A stretch of 64,000 bases of DNA from Octopus vulgaris (GCA_951406725.2 OX597824.1:26784001-26848000), one strand, 5' to 3'; positions 39,378 to 53,509 are shown, counted from the stretch's first letter. The notes: generated by a model not told the origin, from the sequence alone. Numbers and translations are program-made.

Positions 39378-39746
39378 AATATTAGGATCTTTGTAAGAAG
39401 TGAACAAATAAAGATATGCAATTTTATATATGAATTCTATTAATATTTCTTTATAATTCCTTAGCTTTGAATTTAAATTTATAATCCTGTGAAATATAAA
39501 GAAATGATTATCTCCTTTTGTAATAACTCTTCACAAAAGGAAGGCACGTATCACCCTCCCACCACCTTCACTACCACCACCAGGCACACATATTGTCTTA
39601 TAATATTCTAGATTACCTCGCTGTACGTCTTTACCGTCTGGTGGTTCCACCAATCCAACAACTGTTTTGCAGAGTAAATTATTAGGGAATTTCTATCGAA
39701 AAATCACGCAGACGTATTTCTGAAACTGCACTCAGCTACATTGATT

Positions 39747-39954
39747 ACTCTTACTCTTTTTACTCTTTTACTTGTTTCAGTCATTTTACTGTGGCCATGC
39801 TGGAACACCGTCTTTAGTCGAGCAAATCGACCCCGGGACTTATTCTTTGTAAGCCTAGTACTTTTGCCGAACCGCTAAGTTACGGGGACGTAAACACAAC
39901 CAGCATCGGTTGTCAAGTGATGTTGGGGGGACAAACACAGACACACAAACATAT

Positions 39955-39985
<31 letters not shown>

Positions 39986-40139
39986 GATATAGATAGATAT
40001 ATATATACGACGGGTTTCTTTCAGTTTCCGTCTACCAAATCCACTCAAAAGGCTTGCCCAAAGTGCCACGCTGTGGGACTGAACCCGGAACCATGTGGTT
40101 GGTAAGCAAGCTACTTACCACACAGCTACTCCTACGCCT
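39747..40139 (-). mobile_element. SINE family A copy
   Basis: Reverse-complement match to consensus with two small deletions. Confidence 0.8.
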
Positions 40140-40895
40140 AGGATTGTATATTGTTTATAGATTTGTAATGCTGCATTACACACATAATTATAACTGATTC
40201 TAGTAGACAGTATCGAGCATATATATTAACGATCCTGAATGGGATCTGGAGTGAGTTGTCTCGCCTGTCCATTACTCTCAGATGTTTTAACACTTAACGC
40301 TTTGAGAGAGTAATCTGCACCACGCCATCTCTGGGCCTACCGGTAAATGCACAATACATATATGTTAAGTATATGTGGTCGATAATTCTTATTACACTAG
40401 CGCTGCTTCTATTTATTAATTGAATTTAACCCTAGCAGAATTGTTGTTGAAGATTTAGTGGTAGCTGTGTGATGCAGAAAATAAATTACTACTCACTGTA
40501 AGAAATGTCCTACTAGTATGTGTGAATACATTTAAGCTACAGGGTGGGATATACCAGATAATTCTTCTACTTTTTCGCTTGCTATTATTCAATGCAAGAC
40601 GGTGAGCTGGCAGAATAGCTCGCACATAGGACAAAAAACTTAGTAACATTTCTTCCTACTCTACGTGCTGTGCTGAAATCGTACCGGGTAAAATCTGCAG
40701 TTTTTCCTTTCGGGGTCGATTAAATGGGGCACCAGTCAAGTACTGGTGTCGATGTAATCGACTAACCAACTCCACTGACCTTCAATTATTTGTAGTGGGT
40801 TGTTTAATGCATTTCACGTTGATATTAAAACCATCTCTTGCTAGAACTCATATGTAGTATGGGGCAAGAGTGTTAAGTATTTCTCCACCTGATGA

Positions 40896-41157
40896 TAAAA
40901 TAAATAAATGCGCCCTTTTTAAAGCCTAACCAGGCTCATGGGCCCGGTTTCCCGGTTTCTATGACGTATGTGTTCCCCAGCTGGACGGGACGCCAGTCTA
41001 TTGCAGCGTTACTCATTTTTGCCAGCTGAGTGGACTGGAGCAATGTGAAATGAAGTGTTTTGCTCAAGAACACAACGCGTCGCCCGGTTCAGGAATCGAA
41101 ACCACAATCTTACCATCATGATTCTGACACCCTAACCACTAGGCCACGTGCCTCCAC
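40896..41157 (-). mobile_element. SINE family D (tRNA head plus V/Meta-like domain)
   Basis: Reverse complement: gtggaggcacgtggcctagtggttagg...ggtttcgattcc, gttgtgttcttgagcaaaacactt...ccactcagctgg, tail gaaaccgggaaaccgggcccatgagcc plus (ATTT)n. Confidence 0.75.
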
Positions 41158-41688
41158 AAGTTAGATATATGTCTGCTAAAATTATTTGTAAAACTTGTAT
41201 GAAGATGACCGTATAGTTGGTTCTCTCATGTGGCTATATTCGTTATTCGTTGTGAATTCGGTTTCAGATGGGCTATTAAGAAGCAGCTAGAGAAATCTAC
41301 ATCACTGCAAGAAACTCAAAAGAGGGCTGCCATATCAGACTCCCTTATTCATCAAAACTAAACGACAAGGAATGGCCGTTAAAAAGGTAATAATACTGGC
41401 GGCAGCCCAACATTGCAATAGTCTTCGGGTTTGAACGTATAAAAGAATAAAAGAATATATTTACATGTTATTATATTACATTGCGGTATTATATTACATT
41501 TCCCGTCCTTACCTTCTAAGATTGTGATTGCGGCCGACTTTATCATTCGTCATTTAGGGATCGATAGAATACGTATCAGTGAAGCACTAGGGTCTGTGTA
41601 ATCGATTTATTCCCTCTCCCAAAATTTCGGACCTTGTGCTTATAGTAGAACGGATATATGATATGATATGATATTAAATTACATTGTA

Positions 41689-42254
41689 TTGGGTTGTCCT
41701 GAAAATTCATGCCGATTTTTAAAGGAAAGAAAAAGGTCAATAAATACTTGCCATTACATTTTTAATCAACCAAATATGAACCATTTTGGTGCACAATGCG
41801 TCTCCATCTTTCCTTTAACTTGAAAATACCCTCTTCCCAGAATTGAGGGGGTTTCATGGCAAAGAATTCATCAAGGTATCTTTTTACGTCATCCAAGGAA
41901 TTGAAATTTTTACCATTAAGACTATTCTGCAGAGACCTGAATAAGTGGAAATCCGAAGGAGCAATATCTGGTGAATATGGAGGGTGAAATAACACATCCC
42001 AGCCGAGCTGCAGCAATTTTTGTCTGGTTCCCAAAGCCTCAAGTGCCGAAAATAAACTTTCTTATCTTCCATTTTAAAGGGTTACAGAATTAACACAGGT
42101 TATAGGAACATAAACCTTCTTCCACGAAATGATAGCTTAAACTTTGTTCTAAATGGAGGTGTAGTCAAATCCTATTTTATGGACTCAACTATGTTCTAAA
42201 ATAAGCCGAAAGGTAAGCTACTATAAATCGACACGAACTTTCCGGACAACCCAA
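41689..42254 (-). mobile_element. Internally deleted mariner transposon retaining the transposase C-terminus
   Basis: ~30-bp TIRs ttgggttgtcctgaaaattcatgccgattt / aaatcgacacgaactttccggacaacccaa, TA on both sides; ORF 41762-42034 contains HPPYSPDIAPSDFHLF (mariner YSPDLAP motif). Confidence 0.93.
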
Positions 42255-42739
42255 TATTATATTATATTATATTATATTATATTATATCATATTATATTAT
42301 TATATCCTAATATATTATAATTCTGTATGCATTGGTATAGCAGCTTTTCTAATAGCTGTTGAAGCGACTTCATTTGTTAGTGATTTCATCCAATGTTCCC
42401 TTAATGTTAAGTTTTCGACGAATGAGCTCTTACGCTTTTTTCTTTCATAAATAGCTAAGCTCGGGTTCCTTATATAAGTGTGTGTGTGTGTGCATGTGTG
42501 TGTTTGTCCTTGAGTGTTTCCGTATGTGTGTTTTTGTGTATATACAAACACAAGCGTAAATGAACACATACATTTTTCAACGTATTATATATAAATGTAA
42601 GTATATATATTTTATGCGCCTCCCTGTCTGTCTCTGCTTGCCTCTATATATTTATGTATATAGTGCATGAATGTGTGTATGTGCGTGTGCGTATATATGT
42701 GTTTATGTATATATTTGAGTGTGTACATGTCTATAAATG

Positions 42740-42790
<51 letters not shown>

Positions 42791-42916
42791 GCAAACATAC
42801 ACACACATACACACGTATAAATTCATACATGCACACACATCCAAACATACACAAAGACACAAACAGATTAAGAAATCTATATATGTAATTCTGTTAATAG
42901 TGAGAGAGAATGAGAC

Positions 42917-42950
<34 letters not shown>

Positions 42951-42951
42951 C

Positions 42952-43172
42952 ATTATAGGAATGTAATAAAATCTAAGAAGCATTTCACAATAGCAAACAA
43001 GAGAGAATCTATCTGTTTAGAGGAGATGATGGGATATTATTTAATAACTGGAAGGAATTTATTTGGTACGAAAAAATATAGCGAATTCATTTGCTTTCAT
43101 TATAAACATGATTACACACTGATGGAGATATTCTTATTGTATTCTATTTGTGTTGATGTCGTTATTAATAAC
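42952..43172 (+). repeat. Local duplication core, copy 1 (221 bp, identical by eye to 46764-46984)
   Basis: Direct alignment by eye; diverged homology continues downstream. Confidence 0.88.
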
Positions 43173-43264
43173 ATTACTATCTACTTGCTTTTTATTTTCA
43201 CTCTTCTGACGAATCCGATTCTCCCCCCTTGTTTGCCTAATACCAATTTGTACATATACATACT

Positions 43265-43318
<54 letters not shown>

Positions 43319-44740
43319 ATCTATACACTATAAACACACACTTAAATATGTATGTATATATATATATATGTATGTATATATGTATGTATATATGTATATT
43401 TATTATAGTGGTACATCGGAACAAATATGGAAGTCGTGGTTATAACATTTGCAATATAATCGACCTTATTACTGTAGTAACTCGATGGTGTCTTAGTTTG
43501 CAAGCAGTCGTATTCAAGGAAGGTTATGATTTGCTGTATTATAACAATATAATAGAAAGTGGTAAAAATTCCCTAAGTGTTAATATGTATATATTTGATA
43601 CTCCAATCTCTTTTTCCCTGCTGAAATCTCTACCAGTAAGACATGGAATAGCACAATAAGGCCAGATAGAAAATTAAATATATTCCATCAAATATGCCTC
43701 CAGAGAGATCCTGGGGGGTCAATTGGTGGGGCCGTGTCACAGATAAGGAGATTCTGATTGGAGCATGGTGACTACCACAAGATTTTGTAGCAGAGTTTTG
43801 CTACTGCCTGCCTAACCACTTTCTGTCTGGCACAATGGTTTTGAACCGGGGTCAATATGGCTATCAAGATTATGGCTATAAGATTGCGTTGTTAATAATT
43901 ATGTACAATAAATTGCTTGTATTTCTACAATTCACAAAATATTTTAATTTTTATACAATTCCTAATCAGATTTACTTATAGAAATACAGTAGAAATTTTT
44001 AATACAGAGTGAATAGCTGTGGGCGTCCAGTAGAGTAAAACAGGAATCAAAGGGCCTCATAGACAACCCCTAGTCTATCCAATTAATAGTACTCGAAAAC
44101 AGTCATGATATGGCATTCTATGCTTTCAGCAGCGCAGAAAGACCTTAAGCTGAGAGTACAAGAGAAAACCTCAACGGAATGTTCCGCTAGAAACGTTAAA
44201 ATTCAAACACGTTTTTTCTCTTTATGGACGCAGTTATTACAAGGGAGATAATCATTTCTTTATACTATTTGGTGGGATTACAAATTTGAATTTAAAAGTA
44301 AGGAATTATATGGAAAATGTTGCAAACGGTTTACATATTTAATGTTTTATTCTCTTTACATTTTATTTCAATGACTTTGTTACTCATTTCATTGACTTCA
44401 CTGTGCTTAAAATCCAGTGAATCGAAAGGCAATGTTGAAAGAGGACGAAACTGATCTTACAACGTAGTGTTAAGAAGTTAAGCAATTCTAAGGGTTATAA
44501 TTTGTAATATACTAGTGCTTCAATAGTTCATTTTGCACATATATGTACATGCGTGAAGAGAAACACACACATACATATAAACCCACTCTCATCCATCCAT
44601 ACACAGCCACGAACATAAGTACACGCACACACATATACGATAGCATTTTTATACGATAGTTACAAAGAGTTGAGTCTGAACATCATTATGCAAACGAATG
44701 CTCTGTAGACGCCCCTCGTTCACACACACGCGCACATACA

Positions 44741-44786
<46 letters not shown>

Positions 44787-44885
44787 TATATATGGGTGCA
44801 AGCAAATTTGTATGGTTAAGAAGCACGCTCTTATGCAAACAAGTGGTTTCGGATTCAGTTTCACACCACGGCACCTTGGGAGTCT

Positions 44886-44928
<43 letters not shown>

Positions 44929-44929
44929 T

Positions 44930-45286
44930 ATACTCTTTACTCTTTTACTTGTTTCAGTCATTTGAATGTGGCCATGCTGGAGCACGACCTTTAGTCGAGC
45001 AAATCGACCCCGGGACTTATTCTTTGTAAGCCTAGTACTTATTCTATCGGACGTAAACACACCAGCATCAGTTGTCAAACGATGTTGGGGGGACAATCAC
45101 AGACACACAGACATATACGCACACGTACATATATATATATATATTTCCTTCTCCTTTGTTTCCGACGAAGAGCTCCGCTCGAAACGTTAAACCCTCCTTC
45201 TTCCCTTCTTTCCTGAGCGTCCAATAATACTTTATTTGTTCCACGTCCTCGCGTTGCTGTGTTTTTTTGTGTTTTCTTGTTTGGAT

Positions 45287-45352
<66 letters not shown>

Positions 45353-45521
45353 TATACGACGGGCTTCTTTCAGTTTCTGTCTACCAAATCCGCTCACAAG
45401 GCTTTGGTCGGCCCGAGGTTATAGCAGAAGACACTTGCCCAAGGTTACACGCAGTGGGACTGAACCTGGAACCATGTTGTTGGTAAGCGAGCTACTTACC
45501 ATAGAGCCACTCCTACGCCTA
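44930..45521 (-). mobile_element. SINE family A copy hosting a nested hammerhead-bearing repeat
   Basis: Tail at 44930-45110, head at 45355-45521, internal microsatellite interrupted. Confidence 0.78.
45144..45290 (+). mobile_element. Hammerhead-bearing repeat family 1, copy 3 (most 5'-truncated)
   Basis: gttt-CCGACGA-a-gagc-tcc-gctc-GAAA-cgtt-aaac at 45158-45192; (TA)n on both sides. Confidence 0.72.
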
Positions 45522-46224
45522 TATACTACAGTTTTCCTGTGTTGGTTTGTTTACCTTCCTGTAAGTTACTGTACGGCAAGAGAGACCAATAGAATACGTA
45601 TACGTGCCCGATTTAAGAATGAATACTAGTGTCAATTTTTTCGACTCACCAGTTGAAGACGGTGTGCCATCATGTCTGCAATCCAACACCGAAACAAGTA
45701 AGTGATAACAGATAAAGATACACATAGAAACGTACATACTTGTACACACATGCAAAGACACAAACACAGACACGTACACACGCGCACATACGCACACACA
45801 CACACACACACGTGCACACACACACACACACACGCTCACTCACATAAGAATATAGTACAGGACAACCAGCGGTATTTGTGTACAGACTCTTAATATGTTT
45901 TTAGTGGTTGAATGTAAGTAAGAACATGTTACCACTAATTTTCGCGTGAAGAATGCAATTAGGAAATGAGATATCATTTAACATTGACATATTTTTTTAT
46001 TGTTGTGATTGGAAGCAATGTCCTGCAGTGCCTCAGTCAAAATATATACAAAACTCACGTGGGGAGTTCATAGAAATTACTGGAGTTAATTAATACAACT
46101 TTTAGCAAAGCATTTTGTAAAGAGTGAGTATATTTTGCGGAACATGTGGTCAGAGAAAAATAGCAGTAGTCGGGACATTTCGGTGTAGCTCTTGCATGCT
46201 GTTCTAGCGTAGGCAAAGAGAGAA

Positions 46225-46258
<34 letters not shown>

Positions 46259-46468
46259 AGAGAGAGAGAGAGAAAGAGAGAGAAAGAGAGAGAGGGAGAG
46301 GCTGCCTTTGTACTTTGATTGCGTTTTCAAACATTCAGTTAGTACTTTCGGACAAGTTTCTTGTTCAAAACTTAGTCTAGTATCCTTTATTATTTCGAAT
46401 GTTTTGAATCTAAAAAAAAAAAAGATGGATATTAAGTGAAAACGTGTATACAATTTTTGGGACACACT

Positions 46469-46542
<74 letters not shown>

Positions 46543-46763
46543 GCAGACAAACACACAAACAAGGCATACACTTCTATATATTCATACGTAGACATGAATA
46601 TGAATATAGTACGTTCATATTCATACATCCCGCATATATACTTACACATACAAACATACAGACACAGGCACTACACACACACACACACACTCACACGCAT
46701 ATACACACACACACACACACACTCACACACATATGTAATTTTGTTAATAGAGAGAAAGAGCGT

Positions 46764-46984
46764 ATTATAGGAATGTAATAAAATCTAAGAAGCATTTCAC
46801 AATAGCAAACAAGAGAGAATCTATCTGTTTAGAGGAGATGATGGGATATTATTTAATAACTGGAAGGAATTTATTTGGTACGAAAAAATATAGCGAATTC
46901 ATTTGCTTTCATTATAAACATGATTACACACTGATGGAGATATTCTTATTGTATTCTATTTGTGTTGATGTCGTTATTAATAAC
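46764..46984 (+). repeat. Local duplication core, copy 2
   Basis: Identical by eye to 42952-43172. Confidence 0.88.
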
Positions 46985-48046
46985 TCCACTATCTACTTAT
47001 TTTTATTTTCGCTCTTCTACCGCATTCGATTCTCCTCCTTCTTTTCCTAATAATAATGTATTACAGAGGCACAACGCAAATATATGGAAGATATGAGTTT
47101 AAGAGCCGCAGTTAAATCGACCCTATTACTGCAATAACTTGACTATTCCTTAGTTTGTAAAACAGTCAAATTGAAGGATGATCTGCGTTAGCACCGTTGT
47201 AGAAATGGTATAAATATTGTAATAAACCTGATACCTCGAAAAAGATATAGGACGCCAATGATGTATTCTGTTAAAATCTTTAACCATAAGAGATTGTTTT
47301 ATTTTAATTTTATCGAGTCTCCTATTGTAGCAAAACTCAAATTGAAACCGGTCGGGATTTAAATAGTCATCTAATACTATAATAAAGAAAAACTGCTGAT
47401 TTGTTAATTTGAGTATGTAGCTTTTATTAGTGAAAATGTATTATTAAAATCTACACTGTATAGAAATTTCCCAGAATTTCTAATTTTGATATATTTTTAT
47501 CAAAATGTGGTTTTTTAGTTTTGAAAATTTCAACTACAAAAACTAATTTAAATTCACCGGAAGATAACTACCTGATAGCATTCTCACTTTCTCTCTTCTC
47601 TCGTGCATATCATGACGTTACTAACTACAGACATATCAAAAGAAAAAAGCTTTTCTCCAAATCATGTTTTAGCTAGCATCAGCCATGTTATGTTGATTCC
47701 AGGATCCTCTCATATTTCTTGGTAGTTTTTGAAGAAATAAAAAGCTGAAGAAGTGCAGTAGCTTTAATTTACTTACGTCGGTTTTACCAAATATAATCTT
47801 GTCTCATTTTCTGTTAATTAAAGTATTTGATTGTTGTGTACAATGCTTTTAAAAATACTAATCATGATACTAGTACAATTCATGATAAGGACTACAAATG
47901 GAATCTGTTATATATTTCCGATTATCAATTTGCTTACTCGGTTCCTTCTTCTTGTTTCTGGAGTTCATATGATGGACGGGAATAAAAGAAAAGGACATTT
48001 CTTGTCTCTGTATATCTGTAATTGTGTGTTCATATAGTTTATTAAT

Positions 48047-48433
48047 GTGGAAGCACTCCGTCGGTTACGACGAAGAGGGTTCCGTTTGATCCGAATCAAC
48101 GGAACAGCCTGCTCGTGAAATTAACGTGTAAGTGGCTGAGCACTCCACAGACACGTGCATCCTTAATGTAGTTCTCGGGGATATTCAGCGTGACACAGAG
48201 AGTGTCAAGGCCGGCCCCTTGAAATACAGGTACAACAGAAACAGGAAGTAAGAGTGAGAGAAAGTTGTGGTGAAAGAGTACAGCAGGGATCACCACCATC
48301 CCCTGCCGGAGCCTCGTGGAGCTTTTAGGTGTTTTCGCTCAATAAACACTCACAACGCCCGGTCTGGGAATCGAAATCGCGATCCTATGACCGCGAGTCC
48401 GCTGCCCTAACCACTGGGCCATTGCGCCTCCAC
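48047..48433 (-). mobile_element. SINE family C, full length with 12-bp TSD
   Basis: TSD tagtttattaat at 48035-48046 and 48434-48445. Confidence 0.88.
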
Positions 48434-49319
48434 TAGTTTATTAATACTAAAATTCACAAAAATACGTACGTACACACATACACATACACGCACACACATA
48501 TAAATGTAGTGTAATATGTGGATTCATAGAATCGTGTGACTATCACAAAATGTTCCTTTAGGTCTCTAGGCTTGCAGATAAAATAGTATTCCAATACAGA
48601 GAAACACAAGGCAGAGCACCATGCAGCTGAATTCCAGAAGATCAGATCGAGGAAATTATTCCATTGGGAGTATATAAACCATGACATGTAAGAGGTATGA
48701 GAAGTGAATATGTTTATTTAACCACTTGTCATACTTAGGCTTACAGCCGCTTTACAAGTTTTCTTCGTTTAATAATAATTTCAGAGTATAATAAGTTACA
48801 TTTAGATGCCTGCACTACTATGAAGATAAAATCGGACAATACAATTGTATATTCACAAATCAATGAACATAAAAAAAGTTAGCCCATCAGATCATCAGGA
48901 CATCAAGGTTATACAATGATACAACTTATCTTAAGGATGACAACCTCTTAAATAAATATATTCAACTCTCATAGCTGCTGGTGTTACGTTCTTGAGCAAG
49001 ATACTGTTATTTCACGATGCGCCAGTTCACTCAGCTGTAGAAATGAGTTGCGACATCACTGGTGCAAATCTGTACCTGCCTTCACTTTTCCCTTGGATAA
49101 CATCAGTGACGTGAAGAGAGGAGGATGGCATGCATAAATGATCGCAGGTCTCCCATAAACAACGTTGCCCGGACTTGTGCCTCAGAGCAAGTCGTTATTG
49201 TTTATATATAATATGGGTGGCTAATTCGAAATTTTACAACATAAAGGCAGAAATATTCGTCACTAAAATGACAAACGGCGCTAATCAGCACCAGTATTGA
49301 TATACATACATATATATAT

Positions 49320-49732
49320 ACTCTTTACTCTTTTACTCTTTTACTTGTTTCAGTCATTTGACTGCGGCCATGCTGGAGCACCGCCTTTAATCGAGCAGCT
49401 CGACCCCGGGACATATTCTTTTGTAAGCCCAGTACTTATTCTATCAGTCTCTTTTTGCCGAACCGCTAAGTAACGGGGACATAAACACACCAGCATCGGT
49501 TGTCAAGCAATGCTAGGGGGGACAAACACAGACACACAAACACACACACATATATATATACATATATACGACAGGCTTCTTTCAGTTTCCGTCTACCAAA
49601 TCCACTCACAAGGCTTTGGTCGGCACGAGGCTATAGTAGAAGACACTAACCGAAGCTGCCACGCAGTGGGACTGAGCCCGGAACCATGTGGTTGGTAAAC
49701 AAGAGACTTACCACAGAGCCACTCCTGCGCCT
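49320..49732 (-). mobile_element. SINE family A copy, full length
   Basis: Reverse-complement match including the (tactcttt)n tail. Confidence 0.83.
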
Positions 49733-49734
49733 AC

Positions 49735-49794
<60 letters not shown>

Positions 49795-50154
49795 ATATAT
49801 ACACACATATGTACATACATATACAGATATGCATATATGGGTGCAGGACTTTAAATAACGTAACCAGCAGGAAATACGAAGATAAAGATGGGTATACAAA
49901 GAACGAGAAAGACAAATGGAAAACAAGACAAGTAACATAAAAAACGACCCTTCATCAGTTGTCGGCTGTCCTTCTACTCCCTATTTCGAACAATGAACGA
50001 TATATATGTATATATTTATATATATCGACAGAAAAGTAATGTAGAGGAAATAATAAGTTATGCAATCTCGTGTTCGATATGATTCACTAGGTGTGCATTC
50101 CCGTTCATTGTTATAGTAAATTGCGTATTCTTCTGATGTATGTATATATATACA

Positions 50155-50602
50155 TACGGGAGAGGTATGCAGTAATATATGTCTGGAAGATCCTGGAAGG
50201 AATTGTGCCAAATTTTTGCATTGTAAGCTACACCAATGCTAGAACGGGACGACACTGCATAGTGCCAAAGATCCTAGCAATGCCATCCCGCTTCAGGACC
50301 AGCTTCTGCAACAGCCTGGGTTTCAAGGGCCCACAGCTTTTTAATATTCTCCCAAAGAGTCTGAGGAACTTGCACAAAGTAGATGTAGCGGTTTTTAAAT
50401 CAAAGCTGGACATCTTGCTGTCAAGAGTCCCAGATGAACCTACCTCACGGCAAGAGGTGCAAATGAGAGGAGCTGTATCAAACTCCATTCTTCACCAAGT
50501 GCCACGTGTTAGACGAGGTTCGTCGTAATAACAGTGTAGCACAACACGGCGGTGCATCAGCATGGCCGCAGCTCTGAGCTGAAACTAGAGAAAAAAAAAA
50601 AA
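50155..50602 (+). mobile_element. 5'-truncated CR1-group LINE (second family), RT C-terminus plus 3' UTR and poly(A)
   Basis: RERYAVIYVWKILEGIVPN...GPQLFNILPKSLRN...FKSKLDILLSRVPDEP; stop at 50528; tail ggcggtgcatcagcatggccgcagctctgagctgaaactagag followed by (A)n. Confidence 0.85.
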
Positions 50603-50631
50603 TATATATATATATATATACATACATACAT

Positions 50632-50692
<61 letters not shown>

Positions 50693-51479
50693 TACACACA
50701 CACATATATATATATATAGATAGATAGACCAATAGGATAAAGTTAAGGAATTTTATGTCGTTGAATTATGTCATCATGAACCCTGATTTCTTCATAAATT
50801 CTACTACTGTATCTGAGTGCTTGTAACTAGTCCGAATTTATTGAGTAGGTACTATTAGACCAATAAATGATGAAAAGGGATTATTAGATAAACCATATTA
50901 GACAAAATTACAAGAATTGGGAATAACATGTGTATATGTCATGGAGTAAAGAGCAGAAAACCACCCAGAGGATGGTGTTTCAATAGTGTATGTAATTTCA
51001 ACTAAATAAAATAAGCATATCCGTGTAAAAAAAATTATTTCCTATCCACGTGTATGCAGTTTCGATGCCGCAGTGCGGCAGACTCGACAGAAATCTATTA
51101 CTCAAGCTTAGTACTAAATCATAGTTTGTGAGTAGAATTTAGTAAACGTGTACATGTGTATAAACATACACACAATCAGACACTGACACAAACAGACAGA
51201 CACAGACACATGCACACATATATATTTGTGAGTGTATATATATATATATATATATATGCAGGTATGTATGTATGCATGTATATATGAGTGGTTCGACACC
51301 CGAGGTGTGATCTGTGTCCTTTCATTCTAAGATAAGTTGTAAACAACTGTATTCACTCTCTTTTTCTCCTTCTCGACACCTTCTGCTGTCTGTGCATGTG
51401 GGTATATCTATATCTATCTATATATCAATATATATACATGCATATATATATATATATATATGTGTGTGTATATATATAT

Positions 51480-51576
<97 letters not shown>

Positions 51577-51658
51577 TAAACATGTGTATGTGTGCGTGTA
51601 GATAGACAGATACAACGTATATATTTGTCTGAGTGTATGCGTATTGTGGATGTGCGCG

Positions 51659-51692
<34 letters not shown>

Positions 51693-51705
51693 TAGATAGA
51701 TAGAT

Positions 51706-51745
<40 letters not shown>

Positions 51746-51874
51746 GTGCGTGTGCAGGTCATGTGTGAATGTGTGCGTATGTATATATTTATCAATGCGC
51801 ATTTGTTCATATATTAATCCTATAAAAAAAAGACCCAACACCGTTAATCTTTTACAAGTATCGATAAGGAGCCT

Positions 51875-51908
<34 letters not shown>

Positions 51909-52084
51909 CCAACAACAATAATGTCAACATCAACAACAAGAGCAACTGACAAAAATCACAAAAAAAAACCAATATAAATTTAGCGAAATGTAACAAAAAC
52001 CCACCCTCCACAAAATAAACGAAAAAACCCTGCCAGTAAGATAACCAGAAGACGTTTGTCTTTGTTTCTTCTGCTTCTGTACAG

Positions 52085-52157
52085 ATTGGTGATGGAGTCG
52101 GGCGGGGCGGGGCGGGCGCCCGAATATATGTATTGTGCTGGGTAGAGAGCGCGGAAA
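52085..52157. promoter_or_regulatory. Candidate GC-box promoter / G-quadruplex
   Basis: attgg (reverse CCAAT) at 52085-52089; gggcggggcggggcggg at 52100-52116 (tandem GC boxes, four G-tracts); E2F-like gcgcggaaa at 52149-52157. Confidence 0.4.
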
Positions 52158-52470
52158 TTGATCCATGTTCAATTGTACATTCTCAGGTAGCTAAGAAAAA
52201 GTTAATATCGCTAATATTAAGTATTTGTCACGCCACCTGCGAATTAATACGTCTTGATAACACCGACATCTTGTAAGCGTCGATAATTGTGTGTGACAGA
52301 TGTCTTCTGGTTTCTGTGTTTCAGTTTTTTTTTTCTTGTGTGTTGTGTTTTGCTTCTTTATCTTCTCCCCATTGTTTTACCATATCTCTGGTGGACCTCA
52401 TTGAATGCCTTTCTCTTTCTAAACTTTACACACACACACACAAACATACACACATATGCACACGCTCACG

Positions 52471-52514
<44 letters not shown>

Positions 52515-52564
52515 TAGATAGATAGATAGATAGATAGAGATATATATATAGATATATACTCTGT

Positions 52565-52785
52565 ACTCTTTTACTTGTTTCAGTCAGTTGACTGTGGCCA
52601 TGCTAGAGCACCGCCTTTAGTCGAGCAAATCGACTCCAGGACTTATTCTTTGTAAGTCTAGTACTTATTCCATCGGTCTCTTTTTCCGAACCGCGGATAT
52701 AGTAAGAAGACACTTGCCCAAGGTGCCACGAACCCGGAACCATGTGGTTGGTAAGCAAGCTACATACCACACTGCCACTCCTACA

Positions 52786-52844
<59 letters not shown>

Positions 52845-53048
52845 TGCGTGGCATCTTGGGCAAGTGTCTTCTACTATAGCCTCGGGCCGACCAAAGCCTT
52901 GTGAGTGGATTTGGTAGACGGAAACTGAAAGAAGCCTGTCGTATATATATGTATATGTATATATATATAATTTTGTGCATCTGTTTGCACCCCAACATCG
53001 CTTGACAACCGATGCTGCTGTGTTTACGTCCCCGTCACTTAGCGGTTC
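52565..53048. mobile_element. Rearranged SINE family A pieces in opposite orientations around a (TA)n tract
   Basis: Minus-strand deleted copy at 52565-52788; plus-strand middle portion at 52845-53048. Confidence 0.7.
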
Positions 53049-53349
53049 GTCCTCAAACAAGATGAAGACAAGTATCCGTCGAATGTAAATAATGTAAATA
53101 ATGTGTATAAAAAATATTGTTAAATTGTTTTGTGTATTGTAGTAGTATAGCCAGTTCATGGCCCATAAATCTCAATAACAAAATCTTACATGGACCCCTA
53201 AGGGTCATACGGACCCTGGATGAGAGCTATTGGTTTAAATGCATACGGTTTTTCTTTCTCTTTCTTTCTTTCTCTTTTCTATCATTTTTGATATACGATT
53301 TTATGCTTCCCTTTCTTTCTATACTCTCCTCTCTGTCACTGTACCATCG

Positions 53350-53454
<105 letters not shown>

Positions 53455-53509
53455 ATCTAAAGACACCAATCTCTCTACTCCCTCCCTCTCTTTCCCATTG
53501 CATCTTTAT

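Noticed and set aside
43026-43122. C/D-box snoRNA inside the duplicated core (atgatgg ... ctga)
   Set aside because: Box C is imperfect, there is no terminal stem and no guide sequence I can recognise
47310-47360. gaaaccggtc as the 3' half of a hammerhead
   Set aside because: No CNGANGA core or stem II upstream; at most a decayed relic
49836-50000. Minus-strand cgaaa ... ctgatgaag as a permuted hammerhead
   Set aside because: No stem I or stem III can be drawn between the motifs and no GAAA follows CTGATGA; more likely a truncated PLE terminus
51255-51270. Other AG|GT juxtapositions (gcag|gtatgt here, at ~60875 and ~14695)
   Set aside because: No pyrimidine tract; they arise from TA/TATG microsatellite context
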